Shown here: positions 28,469 to 38,904 of the stretch, piece by piece | How the letters are laid out: each line of letters opens with the position of its first letter | Position numbering within the stretch: the stretch's first letter is position 1 | From: Bacteroidales bacterium | Lineage (GTDB): Bacteria; Bacteroidota; Bacteroidia; Bacteroidales; UBA932 | Assembly: GCA_017427385.1 (NCBI GenBank) | Contig: JAFRSW010000011.1 | Location: forward strand, 94,519 to 158,518 | Direction of reading: 5' to 3' | DNA: 64,000 nt | Made by a program: the position numbers and the translations under genes | Notes under the pieces: model-generated | What the model was told of the DNA's origin: nothing | Seen by the model: only the letters and a program-made list of their open reading frames with translations | Databases searched by the model: none

Positions 28469-29947
28469 ATGACCAAATACATTCTAGCACTCGACCAGGG
28501 CACCAGTTCCTCCCGCGCGCTTGTTTTCGACCACGACGGCAATGTCTGCAGCGTGGCCCAGATGGAATTCACCCAGCATTTCCCCCAGCCCGGATGGGTG
28601 GAGCACGACCCAATGGAGATTTGGGCCTCCGAAGCGGCTGTGATTGCCGAAGCCATCTCCAAGATTGGCATCAACGGCAAGGACATAGCTGCCATAGGCA
28701 TCACGAACCAACGCGAGACAACCATTGTGTGGGATGCAGAAACCGGTAAACCCGTCCACAATGCAATAGTCTGGCAGGACCGCCGCACATCCGCATTCTG
28801 CGATGAATTGAAGGCCCGCGGCCTTACAGACAAGATACGCGAAAAGACCGGCCTCATCATCGATGCCTATTTCTCCGGCACCAAGATAAAATGGATACTG
28901 GACAACGTCCCAGGGGCACGCGAGCGTGCAGAAGCAGGCAAGCTCCGTTTCGGCACGGTGGACAGCTGGCTGGTTTGGCAGCTCACAAAAGGCGAAGTGC
29001 ATATCACGGACGTTACCAACGCATCCCGAACCATGCTGTTCAACATCAACACGCTGGAATGGGACAAGGAGATGCTGGAATTGCTCGGCATACCCGCCTC
29101 CATGCTGCCTGAAGTCAAGTCATCCTCCGAGGTCTACGGACACACCAAGACCACCATCTTCGCACACGAAGTGCCCATCGCAGGCATAGCCGGAGACCAG
29201 CAGGCCGCCCTTTTCGGGCAGATGTGCACCAGCCCCGGCTCGGTGAAAAACACCTACGGTACCGGCTGCTTCCTGCTCATGAACACAGGCACGAAGCCCA
29301 TCCTTTCCAAGAACAAACTCCTCACCACGGTTGCATGGAAGATAGGCGATACCGTCAACTACGCCCTCGAGGGTTCCATCTTCGTCGGCGGATCGGTCGT
29401 GCAGTGGCTGCGGGACGGCCTCGGCATCATCCGCAGTTCTTCCGAAATCGAGGCCCTGGCATCCTCAGTGCCCGATAATGGCGGAGTATACTTCGTGCCC
29501 GCACTCACCGGCATGGGTGCTCCCTACTGGGATCAGGATGCCCGCGGCACCATCTGCGGACTCACCCGCGGAGCCACGGCGGCACACATCGCCCGGGCGG
29601 CTCTCGAAGGCATCGCTTTCCAGACCATGGACATAGTATCCGCCATGGAGAAGGATGCCGGCGTGAAACTGGCCGAGCTCAAGGTGGACGGCGGCGCATC
29701 CCGCAACAACCTGCTCATGCAGTTCCAGTCCGATGTGCTGGGCGCATCTGTCGTACGCCCGAAAGTCACCGAAACCACGGGTATGGGCGCCGCATATCTT
29801 GCAGGTCTGGCGGTAGGATTCTGGGCTTCGCCCGAAGAGATCCGCAGCCAGTGGCAGGCAGACCGCACATTCACACCTTCCGGCAAGGACGTCGCCCCGC
29901 TCAAGGCCGGATGGGCAGACGCTATTTCAAGGACAATAAACAAGTAA
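28469..29947 (+). CDS. glpK: Glycerol kinase
   Basis: [48 protein letters not shown]. Confidence 0.97.
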   Translation: MTKYILALDQGTSSSRALVFDHDGNVCSVAQMEFTQHFPQPGWVEHDPMEIWASEAAVIAEAISKIGINGKDIAAIGITNQRETTIVWDAETGKPVHNAIVWQDRRTSAFCDELKARGLTDKIREKTGLIIDAYFSGTKIKWILDNVPGARERAEAGKLRFGTVDSWLVWQLTKGEVHITDVTNASRTMLFNINTLEWDKEMLELLGIPASMLPEVKSSSEVYGHTKTTIFAHEVPIAGIAGDQQAALFGQMCTSPGSVKNTYGTGCFLLMNTGTKPILSKNKLLTTVAWKIGDTVNYALEGSIFVGGSVVQWLRDGLGIIRSSSEIEALASSVPDNGGVYFVPALTGMGAPYWDQDARGTICGLTRGATAAHIARAALEGIAFQTMDIVSAMEKDAGVKLAELKVDGGASRNNLLMQFQSDVLGASVVRPKVTETTGMGAAYLAGLAVGFWASPEEIRSQWQADRTFTPSGKDVAPLKAGWADAISRTINK

Positions 29948-29950
29948 GAA

Positions 29951-30688
29951 ATGATACAGTACGTTTTCGAATTCATTGGCACCCTTGTTCTGGTGCTGCT
30001 CGGCGACGGTGTTTGCGCCGCCACATCCCTCAATAAATCCAAAGCCAAGGGAGGCGGATGGGTGGTAATAGCCCTCGGTTGGGGCCTTGCAGTAATGCTG
30101 GGCGTGCTTATCGCCGGTCCCGTTTCCGGAGCACATCTCAATCCGGTTGTAACACTCGGCCTTGCGATCGCAGGTTTTTTCTCCTGGGCTCTTGTGCCCG
30201 GCTATGTGGTTGCCCAGATGCTGGGAGGATTCTTGGGTGCATGCCTTGTATGGTCCTTCTACAAAGATCATTATAAGGCCACTGCAGACCAGCCCGATAC
30301 TATCCTCGGCACATTCTGCACCATGCCCGCCATCGACAATAAATGGCGTAACTTCTGGTGCGAGTGCGTGGCCACCTGGCTGCTTGTATTCTGCATCCTG
30401 GCCATCGGCTGGGGCAGCAACGTATTTACAGTGGGGAACGCCGATGCTTCCATCGGTGCCATTGGCAGCTGGCCCGTCACCTGTGTAATAATGTCCATCG
30501 GTATGTCTCTCGGCGGAACTACGGGATACGCTATGAATCCCGCCCGTGACCTCAGTCCCCGCTGCGCACACGCCGTGCTGCCCATCGCAGGCAAGAGGGA
30601 CAGCGGATGGGCCTATTCCTGGGTGCCCGTTGCAGGACCCGCAGTGGGTGCCGCACTTGCTGCCGGTTTATATTTGCTGGTGTTCTAA
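29951..30688 (+). CDS. glpF: Glycerol uptake facilitator (MIP/aquaglyceroporin)
   Basis: SGAHLNPV and YAMNPARD motifs; follows glpK. Confidence 0.93.
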   Translation: MIQYVFEFIGTLVLVLLGDGVCAATSLNKSKAKGGGWVVIALGWGLAVMLGVLIAGPVSGAHLNPVVTLGLAIAGFFSWALVPGYVVAQMLGGFLGACLVWSFYKDHYKATADQPDTILGTFCTMPAIDNKWRNFWCECVATWLLVFCILAIGWGSNVFTVGNADASIGAIGSWPVTCVIMSIGMSLGGTTGYAMNPARDLSPRCAHAVLPIAGKRDSGWAYSWVPVAGPAVGAALAAGLYLLVF

Positions 30689-30716
30689 ATTTTTTATATC
30701 TTTGCACCCTCTTTCA

Positions 30717-30791
30717 GGGCGCATAGCTCAGCTGGTTTAGAGCACGTGCCTTACAAGCACGGGGTCGGCGGTTCGAATCCGTCTGCGCCCA
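30717..30791 (+). tRNA. tRNA-Val (TAC)
   Basis: GGGCGCA acceptor, CGTGC-CTTACAA-GCACG anticodon arm, GGTTCGAATCC. TATCTTTG promoter at 30697-30704. Confidence 0.95.
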
Positions 30792-30795
30792 CATC

Positions 30796-30827
30796 AAAAA
30801 AAAGACAGCCGTCAAGCTGTCTTTTTT
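30796..30827. terminator. Bidirectional terminator
   Basis: AAAAAAGACAGC-N6-GCTGTCTTTTTT between convergent genes. Confidence 0.75.
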
Positions 30828-31540
30828 GCCTTTATCTTGCGGAATCGCAATCGTAGCACCCCCCAGAACGCCTCGCCGAATATGCCTCCGGACATTTTCG
30901 ACGTACCTTCCTTACGGTTAACAAAGATTACCGGCACCTCGACCAATCTGAATCCAAGCTTGACCGAAGAGTATTTCATCTCTATCTGGAAACCATAGCC
31001 TTTCATCTGGATGGCATCGAGGTCGAGTGTCTCCAGGACCTTGCGGGTGTAGCACACGAATCCAGCCGTGCTGTCGAAAATCTTCACCCCAAGCGTCTTA
31101 CGCACATAAATGGATGCACAGTAAGACATCAGGATACGTCCTATAGGCCAGTTGACAACGCTGACGCCATCGCAGTAGCGGGAACCGACCGACAGGTCGG
31201 CACCTTCTTCACACGCGCTGCAAAGCCTCGCAAGGTCGAAGGGATCGTGCGAGAAGTCCGCATCCATCTCTAAGATGTAGTCATACCCCCTTTCCAAAGC
31301 CCACCTGAAGCCTGTCAGATAAGCTGTTCCCAAACCCAGTTTGCCACTGCGCTCTATAAGGAACAGCCTGTCCTTGAACTCTGTCAGAAGTTTCTTAACG
31401 GCGATGGCAGTCCCGTCCGGAGAGCCATCGTCAATAATAAGGATATGGTAACCTCCGTCAAGACCGAGAACTGCGCGGATTATCCGAGTTATGTTCTCAA
31501 TCTCGTTGTAGGTTGGGATTATGACCAGTTTGCTTTTCAT
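30812..31540 (-). CDS. Polyprenol monophosphomannose synthase (DPM1-like GT2)
   Basis: IIPTYNE, DDGSPDGT, GLGTAY, MDADFSH, GYGFQIE. Confidence 0.9.
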   Translation of the reverse strand: MKSKLVIIPTYNEIENITRIIRAVLGLDGGYHILIIDDGSPDGTAIAVKKLLTEFKDRLFLIERSGKLGLGTAYLTGFRWALERGYDYILEMDADFSHDPFDLARLCSACEEGADLSVGSRYCDGVSVVNWPIGRILMSYCASIYVRKTLGVKIFDSTAGFVCYTRKVLETLDLDAIQMKGYGFQIEMKYSSVKLGFRLVEVPVIFVNRKEGTSKMSGGIFGEAFWGVLRLRFRKIKAKKTA

Positions 31541-32002
31541 CTATTTCTTCTTGAGCAGCCCTCCGAGAATGCCGGTAGCAGCTCCGAGAAGGGAGGAGCC
31601 GGTAGATTTCTTTCCTGTGAGGGCGATTATAATATCGTTGATGTCCACGTCACCGTCGCCATCCTGATCCTTGACTATGCCGGAGAGTTTTCCGAAAATG
31701 CCGGGGATGAGGGCGGTAAGGGTTGAACCGAGGCTGCTGCCCAGGCCGAGCTTGCTTACCACGTTCTTCTTGAAGAGGTTGCCTGCAAGGGCGGTAACGG
31801 GGCTGCTGGCTGCATTTGCCTTACCTGTGAGGAGATTCTTGATTACGTCTACACCGCCTGCCTTGGTTGCAGTCTGGGTAAGACTTCCAAGAATTGAATC
31901 GGAAAGGCCGCCAAGAACCTGATCCTTGATGTTGGAAGGGATTGAAACCCCGCCGGCAGCGGATTTCACCTGCTGCATGATTAAATCGCTGATAGATGCC
32001 AT
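31541..32002 (-). CDS. DUF937-like Gly/Leu-rich protein with an EF-hand-like loop
   Basis: DQDGDGDVDINDI motif and GILGGLL tail. Confidence 0.55.
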   Translation of the reverse strand: MASISDLIMQQVKSAAGGVSIPSNIKDQVLGGLSDSILGSLTQTATKAGGVDVIKNLLTGKANAASSPVTALAGNLFKKNVVSKLGLGSSLGSTLTALIPGIFGKLSGIVKDQDGDGDVDINDIIIALTGKKSTGSSLLGAATGILGGLLKKK

Positions 32003-32037
32003 AATCGAAGAATTAACTGAACAACAAATATATAAAA

Positions 32038-34173
32038 TTATTTAACCAATCCCAACGATATTCTTTTCCGGTCCAGATCGACGCCCATCACACGCACATG
32101 TATCTGCTGATGGAGCTTGAGAACCCTGGAAGGATCCGTGCCGCGGGGGCCGAGCTGGGAAACATGCAGGAGACCGTTATCGTGAAGGCCTATGTCCACA
32201 AAAGCGCCGAAGGCGGTAATATTGGTCACTATTCCGGGCAGTTCCATACCCACCTTCAGGTCTTCTATCTCGTGGATATCTTCTGCAAATGCGAAATCGG
32301 ATGCCGCTTCACGAGGGTCCAAACCGGGTTTGGCAAGTTCTTTAACAATATCGTTCACCGTCGGAAGCCCCACTTCACCCTGGACGTAGCGTTCCGCCTG
32401 AATCCTGGAGCACAGCTCGGCATTCCCCACAAGTTCCTTCACGCTGACTCCCAAATCGCGAGCCATCTTGTCGACCACAAAATACGACTCCGGATGCACG
32501 GCCGAGTCGTCCAGAGGATTGACAGCGCCCTTCACTCTCAGGAATCCGGCGCACTGTTCGAAGGCCTTTGCACCCAGGCGCGGAACCTTCTTCAGTTCCG
32601 CCCTCGAAGCAAAGCCTCCGTTTTCGGAACGGTAGGCCACAATATTGGCGGCCAGCTGCGGACCTATACCGGAAACATAGCGCAACAGATAGGGGCTGGC
32701 AGTATTCAGATTCACGCCGACGGCATTCACGCATGCCTCGACCGTATTGTCCAGTTTTTCTTTCAGCAGGGCCTGGTCCACATCGTGCTGATACTGCCCT
32801 ATACCCAGGTTCTTCGGGTCTATCTTCACCAGCTCGGCCAGCGGATCCATCAGCCTCCGGCCGATGGAAACAGCACCGCGCACCGTCACATCCTCATCCG
32901 GGAATTCCTCCCTTCCCACCTCGGAAGCCGAGTAAATTGATGCACCGTCCTCGCTGACAGTCCAGACCTTGCAGCCATCAGGCAGCGAGACTTTCTTGAA
33001 GAACTCGGAGGTCTCGCGACTGGCGGTGCCGTTGCCTATAGCAACCGCCTCGATGCGGTACTTCTCCAGCATTTCCTGTACGGCGATCAGAGCCTTCACC
33101 TTTTCATTCTGAGGGGGATGGGGGAAGATGATGGTATGGTAGAGCAGTCCTCCTCTCTCGTCCAGGCAGGCTATCTTGCAACCATTGCGGAATCCCGGAT
33201 CCACCGCCATGGTCCGCTTCTGCCCCACCGGGGCGCCCAGAAGCAGCTGGCGCAGATTGTCCCCGAACACACGAATGCTCTCGATATCGGCCTTTTCCTT
33301 CGCTTCGCGAAGCACTTCGGAACTGATGGAAGGCTCCAGCAGGCGTTTGAAACTGTCGTCCACCGCCTCACGAATCTGCTCACCGAGCTCTCCGCCCGGA
33401 TACCCCTGCATCTGGCAGAAATCATAATATATCTTCTTACCGCAGCGCTCGGAATCCGCATCCACGCTCACGCTGAGGAAGCCTTCGTTCTCGGCACGGA
33501 GTATGGCCAGGAGGCTGTGGGAAGGCACTTTGTCGAGGGGATACGACCAGTTGAAATAGCTGCGGTACTTGTCGGCCTCAGGGCCTTCGGCCTTCTTGGT
33601 AACTTTCGAAACCACCCTTCGGCTGCGGAATATCTGTCGCAGGTTCTCACGTATGACGGCCGTTTCGCTGAGGCGCTCGGCGATTATGTCCCTGGCACCG
33701 GCCAGAGCGGCATCCGCATCCTCCACCTTCCCGGGTGTAACAAACTTCGCGGCATCGGCGCGCGGGCTGCGGCTGCGGAGTCTCCACATGGCATCTGCAA
33801 GGGGCTCCAGGCCCAATTCTTTTGCAACGGTGGCACGTGTGCGACGTTTCGGACGGAAGGGTAGGTAAATATCCTCGAGCTCCGACGAAATCACGCAGTT
33901 CTCTATCTTCCCGCGCAGCTCATCCGTCAATGCTCCGGCTTCGGAAATGGTCTTCAGAACCGTCTCCTTGCGCTTTTCCATCTCTTCGAACACGTCCACC
34001 CAATGCTTGAGTTCAGCAACCTCGGAATCGTCCATACCGCCAGTTTTTTCCTTGCGATAACGACTGATGAACGGTATGGTATCCCCTTCTGCGAACATGT
34101 CCGCACAGTTCTCCACCTGCCATGCCTTCAAGCCCATCAGACCGGCAATATGATTTATGTATATCTCTTTCAT
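32038..34173 (-). CDS. tex: Tex family RNA-binding transcriptional accessory protein
   Basis: TIPFISRYRKEKTG, DPGFRNGCK, AIGNGTASRE, GIGQYQHD and a C-terminal S1 domain. Confidence 0.93.
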   Translation of the reverse strand: MKEIYINHIAGLMGLKAWQVENCADMFAEGDTIPFISRYRKEKTGGMDDSEVAELKHWVDVFEEMEKRKETVLKTISEAGALTDELRGKIENCVISSELEDIYLPFRPKRRTRATVAKELGLEPLADAMWRLRSRSPRADAAKFVTPGKVEDADAALAGARDIIAERLSETAVIRENLRQIFRSRRVVSKVTKKAEGPEADKYRSYFNWSYPLDKVPSHSLLAILRAENEGFLSVSVDADSERCGKKIYYDFCQMQGYPGGELGEQIREAVDDSFKRLLEPSISSEVLREAKEKADIESIRVFGDNLRQLLLGAPVGQKRTMAVDPGFRNGCKIACLDERGGLLYHTIIFPHPPQNEKVKALIAVQEMLEKYRIEAVAIGNGTASRETSEFFKKVSLPDGCKVWTVSEDGASIYSASEVGREEFPDEDVTVRGAVSIGRRLMDPLAELVKIDPKNLGIGQYQHDVDQALLKEKLDNTVEACVNAVGVNLNTASPYLLRYVSGIGPQLAANIVAYRSENGGFASRAELKKVPRLGAKAFEQCAGFLRVKGAVNPLDDSAVHPESYFVVDKMARDLGVSVKELVGNAELCSRIQAERYVQGEVGLPTVNDIVKELAKPGLDPREAASDFAFAEDIHEIEDLKVGMELPGIVTNITAFGAFVDIGLHDNGLLHVSQLGPRGTDPSRVLKLHQQIHVRVMGVDLDRKRISLGLVK

Positions 34174-34176
34174 GAC

Positions 34177-35868
34177 TTAATCTTCTGCAGTAATTTGCTT
34201 GAGTTCCTCACGGTAGGCGGCAAGGAGCCTGGAGCGGGAAATGAATCCCAGATATACCCCCTCATGGGTAAGCACCGGCAGGCGCCAGACTTCGGGGCGC
34301 TCGAACTTGCGCATCACGCTCTCCATGCGCTCATCCTCGTAAATGAAATCGGCTGGAGCATGCATTAAGTCCCGCACGCGCAGTCTGGCAAAACGCTCTG
34401 CATCGAACACGTGCTTGCGTATATCGTCCATCTCCAGCACACCCTCGAAATGTCCGTCGGAATCCAGCACAGGGAAGACCGCCACAGTGCTGTCGGAGAT
34501 GACCGAGGACACATCCTGCAGGTTGTCGTCTGCACGGAGTCGCGGATATTTGTCCCGGATGAGGTCCGCGGTTTTGAGCAGTGCAAGCGCCGCCTGATCG
34601 CTGGAATGAGTCAGCAGATCTCCGCTCTGCGCTATGCGCTTGGTGTATATGGAATAGCGTTCACGTATGCGTGTAACCCCATAAGAAACGGTGGCACAGA
34701 GAATCAGGGGAAGCAGCAGCTCATATCCTCCTGTAATCTCGGCTATCAGGAAGATTGCTGTCATCGGGGCCTGCATAACACCTGCCATCAGCCCGGCCAT
34801 GCCCACCAGGGCGAAGTTCTGTTCGGGCAGGGAAAGACCGCAGAGATTCACGGTCCGGGCAATCAGGAATCCAAGTATAGCACCCTCGAACAGGGTAGGA
34901 CCGAAGGTTCCGCCCACACCGCCTCCGGAATTCGTCAGCGTCATGCTGACAACTTTCAGAAGGAGGATAAGAAGAAGGAATACCGGGACCCCCCAGGAAG
35001 ATTTCATGCCGAGGTCTCCCCCGTTCAACAACTCACCCACAGAATCATACCCTTCGCCGAAGAGAGGAGGGAAAAGCCATATCAAGAGTGTGAGCCCTGC
35101 GCCGCATACCAACCAGCGAAGCCATGGGCTGCGGAATGTCTTGCCAAGATGGTCTTCCAGCCAGAGGGTGAACTTCGTGAAATACTGCGACATCAGTCCG
35201 CAGAATACACCCAGGAGCAGGTAGAAGGGCAGATTCCCCATGTTGAAAGGAGCCAGCGAGCAGGCGAATGGAGACTGCGGCCCCATGAAAACGTACGACA
35301 CAACCGTTGCCGTCAGAGTGGATATCAGCAACGGCATGATGGAAGTCATGGAGATGTTGAACAGCAGGATCTCCAAAGTGAAGAGCACACCGGCCAGAGG
35401 AGCCTTGAATATACCGGCAATGGCACCTGCAGCTCCACAGCCTAACAGCACGGTCACTCCCCTGTACGACAGCTTGGCAGCGCGGCCAATATTGCTGCCG
35501 AAAGCAGCCCCAGTATAGACAATCGGAGCTTCGGCACCCACGGAACCACCGAGACCGATGGTTATGGCGCTGGTCAATAGCGAAGACCACATGTTATGGG
35601 GCTTGATCCTGGATTCGTTGCGGGAAACCGCCAGCAGCACTTTGGTAACCCCGTGCCCTATATTATCCTTGATCACATAGCGCACCAGCACCAACGAAAT
35701 CAGCATACCGACTGCAGGAAAAAGGAAATGCCCTCCACGGATCAGACCATGGATGAATCCAATCACCTTAAGCAGCACAACAGCAGAAGCTCCTGCGCAA
35801 AGCCCCACAAGAAGGCTGAGCAGCAGGAGTTTGGTGCTTTCGCTGAACTTTATATATGGCAGCTTCAT
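34177..35868 (-). CDS. ClC chloride channel/transporter with a CBS pair
   Basis: GGSVGAEAP, FKAPLAG, GGVGGTFGP motifs and a C-terminal CBS region. Confidence 0.9.
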   Translation of the reverse strand: MKLPYIKFSESTKLLLLSLLVGLCAGASAVVLLKVIGFIHGLIRGGHFLFPAVGMLISLVLVRYVIKDNIGHGVTKVLLAVSRNESRIKPHNMWSSLLTSAITIGLGGSVGAEAPIVYTGAAFGSNIGRAAKLSYRGVTVLLGCGAAGAIAGIFKAPLAGVLFTLEILLFNISMTSIMPLLISTLTATVVSYVFMGPQSPFACSLAPFNMGNLPFYLLLGVFCGLMSQYFTKFTLWLEDHLGKTFRSPWLRWLVCGAGLTLLIWLFPPLFGEGYDSVGELLNGGDLGMKSSWGVPVFLLLILLLKVVSMTLTNSGGGVGGTFGPTLFEGAILGFLIARTVNLCGLSLPEQNFALVGMAGLMAGVMQAPMTAIFLIAEITGGYELLLPLILCATVSYGVTRIRERYSIYTKRIAQSGDLLTHSSDQAALALLKTADLIRDKYPRLRADDNLQDVSSVISDSTVAVFPVLDSDGHFEGVLEMDDIRKHVFDAERFARLRVRDLMHAPADFIYEDERMESVMRKFERPEVWRLPVLTHEGVYLGFISRSRLLAAYREELKQITAED

Positions 35869-35874
35869 AATCGG

Positions 35875-36246
35875 CTAATCGCCGTCCGGCCCGTCATCGT
35901 CTCCTCCATACTGGGAGATGTTGTCGTCCGGCAAAGTGCCGGCACCCGGATCCGCATCGGCGGAAGGCCCTGCGACCTGTTCGTTCTCCGCATTCTCCTC
36001 CCCTTCCAGCCAGCGCTCTATGTCTTCGAGATCATCGGTTTCCACCTTGATTTTAACCAGGCAGATGGAATCCGGCATTTCGATTGTCACAGCATAGAAC
36101 GGGGTACCGTCCGGCTTTGTGTATTTGGTAAGATCCTGGAACCAGTCGTTGAATCCGCCGGGATATTTCTCGTTGAACGCAGCAGCGAGTTCATCCGACA
36201 TATTTTCGTAGCTGATTACTCGTCTCTTCTTGTTGTCCTGTGGCAT
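35875..36246 (-). CDS. Small hypothetical protein with an acidic C-terminal tail
   Basis: 123-aa ORF, co-oriented with its neighbours; KRRVISYE..EKYPGGF N-terminus. Confidence 0.7.
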   Translation of the reverse strand: MPQDNKKRRVISYENMSDELAAAFNEKYPGGFNDWFQDLTKYTKPDGTPFYAVTIEMPDSICLVKIKVETDDLEDIERWLEGEENAENEQVAGPSADADPGAGTLPDDNISQYGGDDDGPDGD

Positions 36247-36312
36247 AGGTTAATAGTGTTATTATTTCACCACAATATTAGAGTAAACTTTTTGATTTTG
36301 CAATAGCAAAAA

Positions 36313-38034
36313 TCACATTCTTTCCGGAAGTTCTATGCCAAGCAAAGCCATGGCATGCGCAAGTACCTGTGCCACAGCAGTTATCAGCGTCAGACGCATG
36401 CTGCGAACTTTATCGTCAGGTTCACGAAGAATCTGCGTGTCGTGATAATACTGGTTGAATTCCTTGGCAAGATCGTAGGAATAGTTGGCCATCACCGCTG
36501 GCGAGAAGGCGTCGGCCGCTTCAGCCAGTTTCTGCCTGTATAGATTCAGTAACTGAACAAGTCTTATTTCCTTTGGAGACAATTCTGCTCCAAGCTGAAT
36601 CTGACTGGATTCAGCTTTCCGCAGGATACTGCGGATGCGGGCATGGGTATACTGGATGAAAGGACCCGTATTGCCATTGAAATCGATGGACTCCTTGGGA
36701 TTGAAGAGCATCTTCTTGCGCGGATCCACCTTAAGAATGAAGTACTTGAGGGCGCCAAGACCTATCATGTGATAGAGCCTGTCCTTCTCCTCGTCGCTGA
36801 TATCTGCCAGCTTGCCGGATTCCTCGGAAGTGGCCTTCGCCTCGAGGTACATGTCTTCGATCAGGTCGTCGGCATCCACCACGGTTCCCTCGCGGGACTT
36901 CATCTTGCCTTCCGGCAGCTCCACCATGCCATAGGAGAGATGGTAGATACGATCCGCCCACTCGAAACCGAGCTTTGCCAACACGAGCTTGAGCACCTGG
37001 AAGTGATAGTTCTGCTCATCGCCCACAACGTATACGTGGCTGTCCAGATTATACTCCGCAAAACGGCGCTCTGCCGTGCCAAGGTCCTGGGTCATATAGA
37101 CGGACGTGCCGTCGGAACGGAGCAGGAGCTTGCGGTCCAGGCCGTCGGCGGTGAGGTCGCACCACACGCTGCCGTCGGGGTCCTGCACGAAAACACCCTT
37201 CTCCAGCCCCTTCTGCACCAGCTCCTTGCCAAGCAGATAGGTATCGTGCTCGTAGTAAGTCCTGTCGAAACTGATGCCAAGGGCGCGATAGGTCTGGTCG
37301 AATCCGTCGAAGACCCATCCGTTCATCTTCTGCCAGAGGGCGCGCACTTCCGGGTCGCCCTGCTCCCACTTCACCAGCATCTCGTGCACCTTCTCCATCA
37401 CGGAAGGATCTTCCTTCTCCATCTTGGAGAACTCCACGTAGCAGTCACCCACAAGGTGGTCACCTTTCTTGCCGGTGCTCTCCGGGGTGGCCCCGTTGAA
37501 ACGCTGCTGCCAGGCGTACATGCTCTTGCAGATGTGCACTCCACGGTCGTTCACCAGCGTGGCCTTGATTACATCGTTGCCGGCGGCGGAAAGCAGGCGG
37601 CTCACCGAATCGCCAAGCAGGTTATTGCGTATGTGCCCGAGGTGCAGGGGTTTATTGGTGTTGGGGGATGAGAACTCCACCATTATCTTCTTCCCGGTGG
37701 CAGGCAGGCTGAAGTAATCTTCTCCGGCGGAGATGATTCCCTCCAGCGCCTCGCGCCAGTAGAGATTACTGAGGCTCAGGTTAAGGAAGCCCTTCACGCT
37801 GTTGAAAGCGCTGATCTCGGGGCAGTGCTCCACCAGCCATCCGCCTATGGCAGAACCGGTTGCGTCGGGCGCGGCATGGGATATCCTTAAAAGAGGAAAG
37901 ACTACAAGCGTGTAGTCTCCCTCGAATTCTTTGCGGGTCACCTGCACCTGAAGGGTTGCAGCGTCGACCTCGGCTCCATAAAGCTCCTTTACGGCCTGTG
38001 CGGCCTTCGCGGAGATGAACTGTTCAGGGGTCAT
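36313..38034 (-). CDS. argS: Arginine--tRNA ligase
   Basis: EFSSPNTNKPLHLGH, RSDGTSVY, KMKSREG, GNTGPFIQY, PERM end. Confidence 0.96.
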   Translation of the reverse strand: MTPEQFISAKAAQAVKELYGAEVDAATLQVQVTRKEFEGDYTLVVFPLLRISHAAPDATGSAIGGWLVEHCPEISAFNSVKGFLNLSLSNLYWREALEGIISAGEDYFSLPATGKKIMVEFSSPNTNKPLHLGHIRNNLLGDSVSRLLSAAGNDVIKATLVNDRGVHICKSMYAWQQRFNGATPESTGKKGDHLVGDCYVEFSKMEKEDPSVMEKVHEMLVKWEQGDPEVRALWQKMNGWVFDGFDQTYRALGISFDRTYYEHDTYLLGKELVQKGLEKGVFVQDPDGSVWCDLTADGLDRKLLLRSDGTSVYMTQDLGTAERRFAEYNLDSHVYVVGDEQNYHFQVLKLVLAKLGFEWADRIYHLSYGMVELPEGKMKSREGTVVDADDLIEDMYLEAKATSEESGKLADISDEEKDRLYHMIGLGALKYFILKVDPRKKMLFNPKESIDFNGNTGPFIQYTHARIRSILRKAESSQIQLGAELSPKEIRLVQLLNLYRQKLAEAADAFSPAVMANYSYDLAKEFNQYYHDTQILREPDDKVRSMRLTLITAVAQVLAHAMALLGIELPERM

Positions 38035-38037
38035 TCT

Positions 38038-38898
38038 TTATCCCAGATAAGATTTGAGTAATTTGCTTGCGGAAGGCTTCTTGAGTTTGCGTATGGCCTT
38101 CTCCTTAATCTGGCGTACACGCTCACGCGTGAGGTCGAGGCGTTCGCCGATCTCCTCCAGAGTCATCTCCTGGCAACCTATGCCGAAGAAACTCTTGATG
38201 ATCTCACGCTCACGGCCGGTCAGGATCTGGAGAGCGCGCTCGATCTCGATGCTGAGGCTCTCGTTGGTGAGACCCTTGTCTGCCATGGGGCTGTCGTCGT
38301 TGGGCAGCACGTCGAGCAGGCTGTTGTCTTCGCCCTCGACGAAGGGAGCGTCCACGCTCACGTGGCGTCCGCTTACGCGAAGGGTGTCTGCGATCTTGTC
38401 GGTGGGGATGTCTATCATCTCGGCAAGTTCCTCGGTGGAAGGCTGGCGCTCATGCTCCTGCTCGAACTTTCCGAGGGCCTTGTTGATCTTGTTGAGGGAT
38501 CCCACCTGGTTCAGGGGCAGACGCACTATGCGGGACTGCTCGGCCAGGGCCTGGAGTATGCTCTGACGTATCCACCACACTGCGTAGGAGATGAATTTGA
38601 AACCACGGGTTTCATCGAATTTTTCCGCAGCCTTGATGAGACCCAGATTGCCTTCGTTGATCAAATCAGGAAGGCTAAGCCCCTGATTCTGATACTGTTT
38701 CGCAACAGATACCACGAATCGGAGATTAGCCCTCGTGAGTTTTTCCAATGCTACCTGGTCGCCCTTGCGGATGCGCTGTGCCAGTTCTACTTCCTCTTCC
38801 GGTGATACCAACTCTTCGCGGCCTATTTCCTGGAGATATTTGTCCAGCGAGGCACTCTCGCGGTTGGTGATCGATTTTGTAATCTTTAATTGTCTCAT
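38038..38898 (-). CDS. rpoD: Primary RNA polymerase sigma factor (Bacteroidota type, no region 1.1)
   Basis: [58 protein letters not shown]. Confidence 0.95.
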   Translation of the reverse strand: MRQLKITKSITNRESASLDKYLQEIGREELVSPEEEVELAQRIRKGDQVALEKLTRANLRFVVSVAKQYQNQGLSLPDLINEGNLGLIKAAEKFDETRGFKFISYAVWWIRQSILQALAEQSRIVRLPLNQVGSLNKINKALGKFEQEHERQPSTEELAEMIDIPTDKIADTLRVSGRHVSVDAPFVEGEDNSLLDVLPNDDSPMADKGLTNESLSIEIERALQILTGREREIIKSFFGIGCQEMTLEEIGERLDLTRERVRQIKEKAIRKLKKPSASKLLKSYLG

Positions 38899-38904
38899 TT
38901 ACTC

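Noticed and set aside
38038-38898. Unusually short primary sigma factor
   Set aside because: Lack of region 1.1 is characteristic of the phylum.
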